Positions 45,217-54,454 of a DNA stretch of 64,000 nucleotides are shown here, piece after piece (within the stretch, counting starts at the first letter, position 1; every line of letters begins with the position of its first letter). The position numbers were made by a program, and so were the translations under genes. Location: the NCBI GenBank assembly GCA_963666275.2, contig CAXXOA010000001.1, forward strand, positions 1,824,001-1,888,000. Direction: 5' to 3'. Source of the DNA: Oceanispirochaeta sp. Its GTDB lineage: Bacteria; Spirochaetota; Spirochaetia; DSM-2461. Below the pieces are notes generated by a model. The model ran no database searches and was not told the DNA's origin. It saw only the letters and a program-made list of their open reading frames with translations.

Positions 45217-47331
45217 TTATTTCGCACCTCCCTGGGCGATTAATTGAGCTTTTTTATTTTCCAGTTCTTCAATCTGATTTTTCAGCTTTTCCTTCTCTTC
45301 CTCCCGGCAAAGGGGACAGTTGAAGTGCTCACCGCTGAGATAACCGTGGATTTTACAGATGGAAAAAGTGGGTGATATGGTGAAATAGGGGAGTCTGTAA
45401 TTATAGGCTATTGTTTTAACAAGCTCCTGGCAGGCTCTCCAGTCGTTGATGGATTCTCCCAGAAATCCATGAAAAACAGTTCCGCCCGTATAGCGGGTCT
45501 GCAGATCATCCTGGAAATCCATGGCTTCGAAAATATCCCTTGTATAGTCCACAGGCAGCTGTGTGGAATTGGTATAATAGGGATTGTCTTCTGTACCGGA
45601 AGTGAGAATATCGGGATAGTGTTTTTTGTCATGTCTGGCAAGCCTGTAGCTTGTACTTTCTGCAGGGGTTGCTTCCAGATTGAACAGGTCTCCCGTTTCC
45701 TCCTGATAGTCGGCCAGTCTGTTTCTCATATGATCCAGAATTTCACAGGCAAAAGCCTTGGATTCGGCATCGGTGATATCTTTTCCCAGAAAATTCAGAA
45801 GACTTTCGTTCATTCCATTCAGACCGATGGTACTGAAATGGTTATTCAAATGCTTGAGGTATCGTTTTGTATAGGGGAAGAGTCCTGCCTGGAGAAGTCT
45901 GTTGATCACTTTCCTTTTGATGGTCAGGGACTGTTTTGCCAGATCCATAAGATAGTTAAGACGTTCAAAATATTCCGACCGGGAACGGGCAAGATATCCG
46001 ATCCGTGCCAGATTTATTGTGACAACACCGATTGAACCTGTAAACTCATCCGAACCGAAAAGACCGCCGCCCCGTTTTCTCAATTCCCTTTTGTCGAGCT
46101 GAAGCCGGCAGCACATGGATCTCACATCATCGGGATTGAGATCCGAATTGATGAAATTCTGAAAATAGGGTGTCCCGTACCGGGAAGTCATTTCAAAAAG
46201 CAGTTTGGCATTTTCAGAATCCCAGTCAAATTCTTTTGTCACGTTATAGGTGGGGATCGGATAGGCAAATCCTCTGCCGTCGGCATCGCCCTGGATCATC
46301 AGTTCGATAAAGGCCTTATTGATCATATCCATTTCACTGCGGCAGTCTCCGTAGGTGAAATCCTGTTCTGTTCCGCCTACAATGGCTTTTTTCTCCACCA
46401 GATCATCCGGGACTGTCCAGTCAAGGGTAATATTGGTAAAAGGAGCCTGGCTTCCCCATCGGGAGGGCGTATTGACTCCGAATATGAAGCTCTGGATACA
46501 CTGCTTCACCTCTTTGTAACTGAGGCTGTCAGCTTTTACAAAGGGAGCCAGATAGGTATCGAAACTGGACAGGGCCTGAGCACCGGCCCATTCGTTCTGC
46601 ATGATCCCCAGGAAGTTTACTATCTGAAAAATAAGGGTGGACAGATGACTTGCGGGTTTGGATGTTATCTTCTCTTTGACACCTCCCAGGCCCTCTTCGA
46701 TCAACTGACGGAGAGACCAGCCGGCACAGTATCCGCTGAACATGGAAAGATCATGGATATGCATGGCGCCGCTTTTATGAGCTTCGGCGATATCAGGTGA
46801 ATAGATATTTTTCAGCCAGTAGTTGGCGGTTATGGTTCCGGAGTTGTGAAGAATGAGTCCACCGAGAGAGAAATTCACATTGGCATTTTCATTGACACGC
46901 CAGTCGGACTGGGAAAGATAACCGTCCATTGTTTCATTGATGTTGAGCATCAGTTTGCGGGTATCGCGAATGGCTTCATGTTTTGCCCTGTAGAGGATAT
47001 AGGCCCGGGCGATTTCAACTTCGTTGTTTTCAATCAGAACCGTTTCGATCAGATCCTGAATTTCCTCTACCGCGGGAGCTGAATTGGGGTGTCTGTCCGA
47101 CATGAAGACGATCAGTTTGGCTTCGGTGCTTTTGGTAAGTTTTTCCGTCAGTTCAGGATCATTTCCATTCACGGCCTTCACAGCTTTTTCTATTGCCTCG
47201 CGGATCCTTTTCCTGTCGTAGGAAATAACCCTTCCATCCCTTTTTACAACCCGTTTGATAATGGATTCAGTCGGTGTGGGAGTGCTTTCCTCAATACCCA
47301 GAAAAGCCCTCCAGTCGTTTTGTGAATTCAT
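45217..47331 (-). CDS. nrdD: Class III (anaerobic) ribonucleoside-triphosphate reductase catalytic subunit lacking the glycyl-radical tail
   Basis: ATP cone VVKRDG, HIHDL, GYCAGWS, SMCCRL, EATPAES, YTGGTVFH, Zn site CKIH..CPLC, then a helical tail and stop; GGAGG SD before ATG 47331. Confidence 0.93.
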   Translation of the reverse strand: MNSQNDWRAFLGIEESTPTPTESIIKRVVKRDGRVISYDRKRIREAIEKAVKAVNGNDPELTEKLTKSTEAKLIVFMSDRHPNSAPAVEEIQDLIETVLIENNEVEIARAYILYRAKHEAIRDTRKLMLNINETMDGYLSQSDWRVNENANVNFSLGGLILHNSGTITANYWLKNIYSPDIAEAHKSGAMHIHDLSMFSGYCAGWSLRQLIEEGLGGVKEKITSKPASHLSTLIFQIVNFLGIMQNEWAGAQALSSFDTYLAPFVKADSLSYKEVKQCIQSFIFGVNTPSRWGSQAPFTNITLDWTVPDDLVEKKAIVGGTEQDFTYGDCRSEMDMINKAFIELMIQGDADGRGFAYPIPTYNVTKEFDWDSENAKLLFEMTSRYGTPYFQNFINSDLNPDDVRSMCCRLQLDKRELRKRGGGLFGSDEFTGSIGVVTINLARIGYLARSRSEYFERLNYLMDLAKQSLTIKRKVINRLLQAGLFPYTKRYLKHLNNHFSTIGLNGMNESLLNFLGKDITDAESKAFACEILDHMRNRLADYQEETGDLFNLEATPAESTSYRLARHDKKHYPDILTSGTEDNPYYTNSTQLPVDYTRDIFEAMDFQDDLQTRYTGGTVFHGFLGESINDWRACQELVKTIAYNYRLPYFTISPTFSICKIHGYLSGEHFNCPLCREEEKEKLKNQIEELENKKAQLIAQGGAK

Positions 47332-47348
47332 TTCCCCTCCCGCATACT

Positions 47349-47810
47349 TCACTTTTTATCATTTAAAGATTCAATTACTTTTATAAACTCTTCTACATTC
47401 TCAAAATGCCTGTAAACAGAGGCAAATCTGACATAAGCGACCTTATCCAGTTGAAAAAGCTGGGTCATAATCAGCTCTCCCAACTCTTCTGAAGGGATCT
47501 CATGAGTAGATTTTCCACGGATATTGGCTTCATCTTCAATGGCATGGAGAATCGTATCGACCTGGAACTGGGAAATGGGCCTTTTTTCAATAGCCCTCTG
47601 CAAACCTCTTTCCAGTTTTTTTAAATCAAAAGGCTGACGGGTTTTATCTTTTTTTACAACCATCAGAGGGATTTCCTCGACTTTTTCATAGGATGTAAAA
47701 CGATATCCGCAGGAAGCACACTCCCTCCGTCGCCTGATAGAAGTTCCGCTAATGTTTTGTCTGGATTCAATTACCTTGTCATCCAGAGTTCCACAGAGAG
47801 GACATTTCAT
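47349..47810 (-). CDS. nrdR: Transcriptional repressor NrdR
   Basis: MKCPLC, IRRRRECASCGYRFTSYE, ATP cone, VAYVRFASVY. Confidence 0.96.
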   Translation of the reverse strand: MKCPLCGTLDDKVIESRQNISGTSIRRRRECASCGYRFTSYEKVEEIPLMVVKKDKTRQPFDLKKLERGLQRAIEKRPISQFQVDTILHAIEDEANIRGKSTHEIPSEELGELIMTQLFQLDKVAYVRFASVYRHFENVEEFIKVIESLNDKK

Positions 47811-47822
47811 CCATGCCTCCAT

Positions 47823-47893
47823 GCCCTATATACGGGGCCCTACATAGTGTGTTAATTTGGTGTATTTTTACTATACCACACTAAATGTGGAAC
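47823..47893. promoter_or_regulatory. NrdR boxes upstream of the nrdR-nrdD operon
   Basis: gccCTATATACGGggc (47823), gccCTACATAGTGtgt (47837) and acaCTAAATGTGGaac (47878) resemble acaCwAtATaTwGtgt; the last two start 41 bp apart. Confidence 0.65.
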
Positions 47894-47957
47894 AACAATC
47901 TTTCCGGGATGATTTTTACAAAAATATATTGAACAGCGATGAACTTATTCAGATCTA

Positions 47958-50162
47958 TTACTGCACATCTGTTAATGAGGAAAAGAGAATACTTTTCCTA
48001 AGTGTCATTTCTGTCTGAATTTGCATAAAATCCTTCTTGAGAAGGAGAGAATAGGGGGTGTCGTTGAAAATGACATCCAGAATAAAATCCGGTTTGGAGG
48101 ATTTTGAAAAAATCATGGGTATCCGGAGAGGAACGGGGGGGAATTCCCCTATAAATATTTCGGCACTTTTTTCGTCCGGGGCAACTTCATAGGGAAAAGG
48201 ACAGTCATAAAATACAATGGGATCCTCTGAAATGACATGGAGTCTTATGCCTGCTGGTTCCTGAAAGGAAGACACAGTCAGGGTTACCGAGCGTCTGTCC
48301 AGAAATGTATCTGTCTCCACCGCAGTTTCCAGAAGATCTTCCTGAATTTCCCCCTGAATTTTTATTTCAGTCCCCCCGTTGATCAGCGGTATGGAATTGT
48401 CATTGAAGATCAGTTCGCCGTCTCCGATGGCACTTTTGCTGCTGATTAGAATCTCCCGCATTCCTGAATCAAGATACTGTATATCCGACAGGATGACCCT
48501 CTGGGGAGCCCTGTCGCTGTAGGGTTCCAGATGCATTATATGATAGGAGAGAAAAAGTGCTGCCGATGCCCACCAGAGTATCCCCAGAGCACTTCTGACT
48601 TCTCTCCTGCTTTTTTCATAGTGATGATGATAGAAGCTGAGGCTGGTGATCATCGAGGTGAAGGGCAGAGATGCGAAGGTCAGAAAGACATTTCCCCTGA
48701 CTCTGGAAGTCAGAATGAAGTTGAAAAGATCTGTAGAGGACCCTGTAAAGACAGCCAGTGCCAGAAGGATCACCGGAGCCAGTGACAGATAGAAGAAGAT
48801 ATGTTTTCTGACTTTGTTTCTGGAGATATTGAAAAGTATGCTCATCAGAAGGATCCAGAGAAAGAATATGCTGAAAATTATGTTTATAAGAACACTGACG
48901 CATACGTTGATAAAAGCAAAGATAAAAGCCATATAGGAATAGAAAGTCGGGTTCTTGGGAAAAGGAAGCCCCTTGAGCAGATTCAGCATAAATCTTGAGA
49001 AGAAAAGGATCAGCGTAGCCTTGAAAAGAAAGAATACAAGGGGTTTCTGCGCAGCCAGTTCGGGATAGTTTCTGTAGACCAGAAGCTCTTCAATGATAAG
49101 AGTCGCCAGCATGGAAAACTGAAAGGTCAGATACATGATGACCGGGACTGTCCAAAGCTGATGACGAAACCGTTTATAGTTCAGATGAATCCGTCTTTCC
49201 TGGAATAGAGGGAACAGGACGGAAAGAGCAAAAAGAATGAGGAAAACCAGAACGATACTCTGTTCCTGTATAAGGATAAATTCGTTTTCCGAATAATTGA
49301 AAATCAGATAGTTATTGTCCCATTTCAGAGGGATTCCCGCGGAAAGCCCCCCGATCAGATTTGAGAGCATGAAAAACTGGTTATTCAGATTTCTTGACGT
49401 AACAGGCAGATTTGAATCCCCGGATACGGCGGTACTGATCGCAACGGAAGGGATCCCTTCAGAAAGGAAATAGGATATTGGCGGGTCCCTGTCGGGGACT
49501 CCTGTTTTATTCAGGAGCATGGAAGAAGTATTGTAATTGATGTTTACCCCGTTTTCCGAAGCGGCTGATCCGACTTTTTCCATTAACCAGGACGGGGCCG
49601 TATAACCGGGAACATCCCCTTTAATCTCTATGGTGTTCTCTGAAATATCAGGCCTGTAGTAGATGAGGGCCGATTGATTTTCATAAGAGTATCTTTCCAG
49701 AAAATCCAGAGATCCTAAAGGGTCTTCTCCCGGAAGATCAGCTCCTGTGATGAGAAAGATCAGCGTTAAAGGAGGTTTCTCTAGGCTGTATTTTCTTATT
49801 AGTTCCACGAGTACTGCTATATTGGCAAAGGAATTTCTGTTTCCCTTTATAGGTTGGATCAGAATCAGAACTTCCTCTTTCTCACCCGGAAGAGTCACGA
49901 TCATATTGAAGGAGAATGAGTGGGCAGATTCAATATTTTCAAGGGACTGATATTCATAGGCGATGCCCTCCCGGGAAAAGAGATCTGACAGATAGGCAAA
50001 GAGTCGGTTTTCATTCTGGGGATTTTCAGAAAGAGGAAAGAATCCTGAGAGGGTATCTCTGCTTTCTATCAGATTTTCATTCTGCGAAGAAGCTCCATAA
50101 AAAGGGAGAACTGAGAGGCATGTAAGGATAGTCAGTAAAATCAGTTGTTTAGGCTTCTTCAT
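47958..50162 (-). CDS. Large membrane protein with a degenerate M28-peptidase-like N-terminal domain
   Basis: Signal peptide, NMIVTLPG, LIFLITGAD..GS, FLSEGIPSV, multiple TM helices, soluble C-terminus; canonical Zn ligands not evident. Confidence 0.6.
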   Translation of the reverse strand: MKKPKQLILLTILTCLSVLPFYGASSQNENLIESRDTLSGFFPLSENPQNENRLFAYLSDLFSREGIAYEYQSLENIESAHSFSFNMIVTLPGEKEEVLILIQPIKGNRNSFANIAVLVELIRKYSLEKPPLTLIFLITGADLPGEDPLGSLDFLERYSYENQSALIYYRPDISENTIEIKGDVPGYTAPSWLMEKVGSAASENGVNINYNTSSMLLNKTGVPDRDPPISYFLSEGIPSVAISTAVSGDSNLPVTSRNLNNQFFMLSNLIGGLSAGIPLKWDNNYLIFNYSENEFILIQEQSIVLVFLILFALSVLFPLFQERRIHLNYKRFRHQLWTVPVIMYLTFQFSMLATLIIEELLVYRNYPELAAQKPLVFFLFKATLILFFSRFMLNLLKGLPFPKNPTFYSYMAFIFAFINVCVSVLINIIFSIFFLWILLMSILFNISRNKVRKHIFFYLSLAPVILLALAVFTGSSTDLFNFILTSRVRGNVFLTFASLPFTSMITSLSFYHHHYEKSRREVRSALGILWWASAALFLSYHIMHLEPYSDRAPQRVILSDIQYLDSGMREILISSKSAIGDGELIFNDNSIPLINGGTEIKIQGEIQEDLLETAVETDTFLDRRSVTLTVSSFQEPAGIRLHVISEDPIVFYDCPFPYEVAPDEKSAEIFIGEFPPVPLRIPMIFSKSSKPDFILDVIFNDTPYSLLLKKDFMQIQTEMTLRKSILFSSLTDVQ

Positions 50163-50246
50163 TGCATCAAAGAATAGGAAAAAGAAAACCTCCGGGTCAA
50201 TACACAGTTTATTATATTATCAAATCTGTGCTATGATCTGAAGCAT

Positions 50247-50756
50247 ATGGAACTGTTATCAGAGATTCAAAATAGACAAACGGTCAAAACCTTCTTATCC
50301 GACCCTGTAGATGAAAGGAGTCTTGATAGAATCCTTGAAGCGGGACGACTGGCTCCTTCTGCCAAAAACAGGCAGCCCTGGCGTTTTATTGTTATGCAGG
50401 ACAGGGAACTGAAAGAGAAAATGAAAGAAGCCGCCTACGGGGATGAACGATTTTGTCAGGCCCCTGTCGCTATTGCTGCCTGTACGACCAATATCGGCTA
50501 CAGAATGCCCAACGGTGAACTTTCCTATCCCATCGATCTGAGTTTTGCGGTGTCGCATATGATGCTTCAGACTGAACATGAACAGCTTGGCTCTGCTCTT
50601 ATCACCACTTACAGGGAAGATCAGGTAAAAAATCTCCTGACTATTCCCTATTCTATGAAAGTGGTTCTTATTCTTCTGATAGGCCATTATGAAAAGGGAG
50701 AGGATCTAAAGGACAGACTTCCTAAAAATAGAGTTGTTGCATATGATCACTGGTAG
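50247..50756 (+). CDS. Nitroreductase family protein
   Basis: ILEAGRLAPSAKNRQPWRF. Confidence 0.9.
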   Translation: MELLSEIQNRQTVKTFLSDPVDERSLDRILEAGRLAPSAKNRQPWRFIVMQDRELKEKMKEAAYGDERFCQAPVAIAACTTNIGYRMPNGELSYPIDLSFAVSHMMLQTEHEQLGSALITTYREDQVKNLLTIPYSMKVVLILLIGHYEKGEDLKDRLPKNRVVAYDHW

Positions 50757-50827
50757 TATAATTTCAAGATATCCGTAATATCGCATCGCTAAAATGCATA
50801 AATTATCAAAATCATAGGAGATTATTA

Positions 50828-51913
50828 ATGAATCATGCACTAAATTTTTATGCAGGTCCCTCTGTCCTTCCTCTGGAAGTTCTGAAGGATCTTCAGGCAG
50901 AGATGGTCGATTACAAAGGCACCGGTCTTTCACTGGTTGAGACCAGTCACAGATCCCCCGAGTACGACGAAGTTCATATGGGAGCAATCAATCTGCTGAG
51001 AGAGATCTATTCGGTTCCTGATAATTTCAAAATACTGTTTCTGGGCGGCGGAGCAACAATGCAGTTCTCCATGATTCCTCTGAATTTTCTCGCGGGAGGA
51101 AAATCCTGTGATTATACACTGACCGGAGCCTGGTCCAAGAAAGCATATGAAGATGCCGTAAAAGTTGGAAATGTCAATGTGGCATACGACGGAAAAGGTG
51201 AAAAATATCTGAGTCTACCGGATGTGAAAACTCTGAAAGCTTCAGAAGGTTCCTCCTATTTTCATATGACTTCCAATGAAACCATCGGCGGTATCCAGTG
51301 GAAAGAGTGGCCAGAAACCGGTGACACTCCCATAATCTGTGATATGTCCAGTGATATCCTCAGCCGCCCTGTCCCCTTTGAAAAATTCGGAATGATCTAT
51401 GCCGGAGCCCAGAAGAACCTCGGTCCCAGCGGACTGGCGGTGGTTATCATAAGAGAGGACATGCTTGATAAGTGCCCCGATAATATCACAGCCTATCTGG
51501 ACTACAGAATTCATGCCGACAAGGACTCTCTGTATAACACTCCACCTGTTTTCCCCATTTATGCCATGTATAAGGTTCTTCAGAAACTGAAAGCAGACGG
51601 CGGCCTGGAAGGAGTTGTGAAAAGGAACGGAGAGAAAGCCGGACTTCTGTATGATGCTATAGACAACAGTCAGGGATTCTATAAAAATCCGATTGAAAAA
51701 TCTGTCAGATCAGAAATGAATGTTGTTTTCACCATGGCCAACGAAGATCTGGAGAAAAAGTTCATTGCCGAAGCCAAAGCACAACGGATGTATGGTCTGA
51801 AAGGACACAGAAGCCTAGGCGGCTGCAGAGCCTCCATTTACAACTCGCTTCCTATAGAAAATGTTTCCGCCCTGGTGGATTTCATGAAAGATTTTCAGAA
51901 AAAGAACAGCTGA
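50828..51913 (+). CDS. serC: Phosphoserine aminotransferase
   Basis: NFYAGPSVLP, SHRS, DMSSD, AGAQKNLGP, YNTPP, GHRSLGG. Confidence 0.96.
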   Translation: MNHALNFYAGPSVLPLEVLKDLQAEMVDYKGTGLSLVETSHRSPEYDEVHMGAINLLREIYSVPDNFKILFLGGGATMQFSMIPLNFLAGGKSCDYTLTGAWSKKAYEDAVKVGNVNVAYDGKGEKYLSLPDVKTLKASEGSSYFHMTSNETIGGIQWKEWPETGDTPIICDMSSDILSRPVPFEKFGMIYAGAQKNLGPSGLAVVIIREDMLDKCPDNITAYLDYRIHADKDSLYNTPPVFPIYAMYKVLQKLKADGGLEGVVKRNGEKAGLLYDAIDNSQGFYKNPIEKSVRSEMNVVFTMANEDLEKKFIAEAKAQRMYGLKGHRSLGGCRASIYNSLPIENVSALVDFMKDFQKKNS

Positions 51914-51935
51914 TCCGGGAGAATGGAAACTATTT

Positions 51936-52379
51936 ATGATTGTGGACGATCTGAACAAAAGAATACTAAAAGAACTGAAAGACGGCAGAAAATCCTATAA
52001 ATTGATAGCCGAAGAGCTGGATGTTACAGAGAACACAGTCAGATCCCGGGTCCGGAAGATGCAGGAAGACGGAATTCTTGATATTTCCGGTTATGTTGAT
52101 GTTGATAAATTCGATGGTTTACAAATTATCATGATCGGAATCCGGACCAGCTCAATGGACTATATATCCAAGGGAGAGGAGATCAGCAATCTGAAAGGGG
52201 TCATTTCTGTCTCGGTCGTTACCGGCAGATTTGACCTTATTGTCACAGTACAGCTGGATGAAGATCTCCCTCTTCTTGAATTTCTGAAAAATGAATTATC
52301 CAATGTTGAAAGTATTGAAGCCATTGAAACATTCCTTGTCTATAAGGGCTTTAATCTTAAGACACCGTACCTCCATTAA
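51936..52379 (+). CDS. Lrp/AsnC family regulator
   Basis: DGRKSYKLIAEELDVTENTVRSRV HTH; VTGRFDL. Confidence 0.92.
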   Translation: MIVDDLNKRILKELKDGRKSYKLIAEELDVTENTVRSRVRKMQEDGILDISGYVDVDKFDGLQIIMIGIRTSSMDYISKGEEISNLKGVISVSVVTGRFDLIVTVQLDEDLPLLEFLKNELSNVESIEAIETFLVYKGFNLKTPYLH

Positions 52380-52399
52380 AAAGAAATAAGGAAAAAACT

Positions 52400-53701
52400 A
52401 TGAGTTCTTCAAAAGAGAAACTTCAGTCCTGTGGTCTGGCAGTTCCAGAGATACTGATGCCCCGGGAAGGTATCGATTATGATAAGTGGGCTGTTATTGC
52501 CTGTGATCAGTTTTCCTCTGATAAAAAATACTGGAAGGATGTGGAATCCCATGTCGGGGATACGCCTTCCACTCTGAATATGATCCTTCCCGAATGCTAT
52601 CTGGATGAATCGGATTCCCGGGTACCCCGGATTAATTCCACCATGAGAGAATACCTTGAGAAAGGGATTCTTCAGGAAGCCGGTAAGGGCTTTGTCTATC
52701 TGACGCGGTCCACCCCCTGGGTAAAATCCCGAAGAGGCCTTATGGTGGCCCTGGATCTGGAAGAGTACAGTTATGAAAAAGGAGCAGAATGCCAGATCCG
52801 TCCCACCGAAGGCACTGTTCTGGAAAGGCTGCCTGTCAGGGCGGCTATAAGAAAGAATGCGGCTCTGGATATACCCCATATTCTGGTTCTCTTTGATGAT
52901 CCGGAAGACAGCATATTTTCCCTTCTTGAAAAGGCGTCTGATGAACTGCCTCTTCTCTATGATTTTGATCTGCCCGGCAATGCCGGTCATCTTGCCGGAA
53001 GATTGGTGTCTGATGAAAATCTGATCGATCGTATTTCTGATTTTTTTATCCAGCTGAAGGATCGGGGAGATTTTCTTTTTGCCGTGGGTGACGGGAACCA
53101 CTCTCTGGGAGCGGCAAAACAGCTCTGGGAAAAAATCAAAGCCTCCGGAGAAGAGGATCTGATGAACCATCCCGCCCGCTGGGCAATGGTGGAATTGGAA
53201 AATATCCATGACAGGGGATTGAATTTTGAACCGATTCACAGAGTTCTCTTCAATGTCGATAGAGAGGAGATTCTGAAAGACCTCAATTCATTTTCAGGAT
53301 TTTCAGCAGAAATTGTTTCGGACGGGAAAATACTGAAAGAGAGAGTAGATGAGCTTTCCGGCAAAGGCCGGCATGCACTGGGAATTATCGAAGGACACAG
53401 ATACTGGCTTCTCTCTATGGAGAATTCGAATGTGACTCTTTCAGCGGAAGCTTTCCATCTCTTTCTTGACCCCTGGCTGGAAAAACATAAAAATGTGGAA
53501 ATAGACTATATTCATGGATCAGATGTTCTGTTTCAGCTTTCGGAAAAAGAGGAGAATATCGGGTTTTATCTTCCCTCGATAGATAAATCCACCTTTTTCA
53601 GCCTGATCAGCCGGAAAGGCCCTATGCCTCGGAAAACTTTTTCCATCGGCGAAGCCGAAGAAAAGCGGTACTATCTGGAATCCAGAAAGATTCTGCGCTA
53701 G
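52400..53701 (+). CDS. DUF1015 family protein
   Basis: KWAVIACDQF, IRPTEGTV.ERL, AVGDGNHS, MPRKTFS; next to serC. Confidence 0.82.
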   Translation: MSSSKEKLQSCGLAVPEILMPREGIDYDKWAVIACDQFSSDKKYWKDVESHVGDTPSTLNMILPECYLDESDSRVPRINSTMREYLEKGILQEAGKGFVYLTRSTPWVKSRRGLMVALDLEEYSYEKGAECQIRPTEGTVLERLPVRAAIRKNAALDIPHILVLFDDPEDSIFSLLEKASDELPLLYDFDLPGNAGHLAGRLVSDENLIDRISDFFIQLKDRGDFLFAVGDGNHSLGAAKQLWEKIKASGEEDLMNHPARWAMVELENIHDRGLNFEPIHRVLFNVDREEILKDLNSFSGFSAEIVSDGKILKERVDELSGKGRHALGIIEGHRYWLLSMENSNVTLSAEAFHLFLDPWLEKHKNVEIDYIHGSDVLFQLSEKEENIGFYLPSIDKSTFFSLISRKGPMPRKTFSIGEAEEKRYYLESRKILR

Positions 53702-54454
53702 ATGTTTTTTAACAGAGCTGTTTCAGCCCTGCTTCTGCCCCCGGGGATATTTATTGCTCTGGGGGTTATTCTCTTTCTGTTGAGAAACAGGGTGCCATCA
53801 AAAATCAGAATGGTTCTTTCCCTGGGACTACCACTTTGTCTCTACCTCTTATCCATCCGTCCTATGGAGGATCTTCTTCTTTATCCTCTGGAATCCAGGT
53901 ATTCTAAAGTGAAATCTTCCAGTGAGTTTTCCGGAGCCCGGTACATTGTTGTTCTGGGTGGGGGAAGTGTCAGCAGAGAATCCGAAAGTTCCCTCTCCAC
54001 CTCAGGGATGACCAGGTTAATGGAAGGGGTTATCCTTTACAGACAATTGGATGTCCCCCTTATTTTCTGCGGCGGAAAAACAATTCAGGGAGCAGAGTGG
54101 CCCTCGGAAGCAGAGATTGCATCTGATACGATGAGAAAACTGGGAGTTCCGGAGAAGGATATCCTTCTGGAGGAGACCAGCAGAAATACCTATGAAAATC
54201 TGAAGAATATGATGGCGCTGTATAGCCCCGAATCTTTTGTCCTGGTGACATCAGCCTATCATATGCCACGGACCATGATCCTGCTCAGAGAATATGAGGG
54301 AGTTAAAGTGATCCCCCACTGTGTGGATTATAAAGTGGAACACAGAAGGTATTCCCTGCTGGATTTCCTGCCCTCCATGGGAGCCCTGAACTCCAGTTAC
54401 AGGGCTCTTCATGAATACATGGGGCTTGTCTATTATGCTTTACGCTATTCCTGA
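53702..54454 (+). CDS. YdcF/ElyC (DUF218) envelope protein
   Basis: IVVLGGG, SEAE, SRNTYEN, LVTSAYHMPR, HEYMG. Confidence 0.88.
   Translation: MFFNRAVSALLLPPGIFIALGVILFLLRNRVPSKIRMVLSLGLPLCLYLLSIRPMEDLLLYPLESRYSKVKSSSEFSGARYIVVLGGGSVSRESESSLSTSGMTRLMEGVILYRQLDVPLIFCGGKTIQGAEWPSEAEIASDTMRKLGVPEKDILLEETSRNTYENLKNMMALYSPESFVLVTSAYHMPRTMILLREYEGVKVIPHCVDYKVEHRRYSLLDFLPSMGALNSSYRALHEYMGLVYYALRYS

Noticed and set aside
45205..45235. Programmed frameshift/readthrough or sequencing error joining the two nrdD parts
   Set aside because: A strong SD and ATG are correctly placed for the second ORF, no slippery run is evident, and extra helices lie on both sides of the break. Not fully excluded without reads
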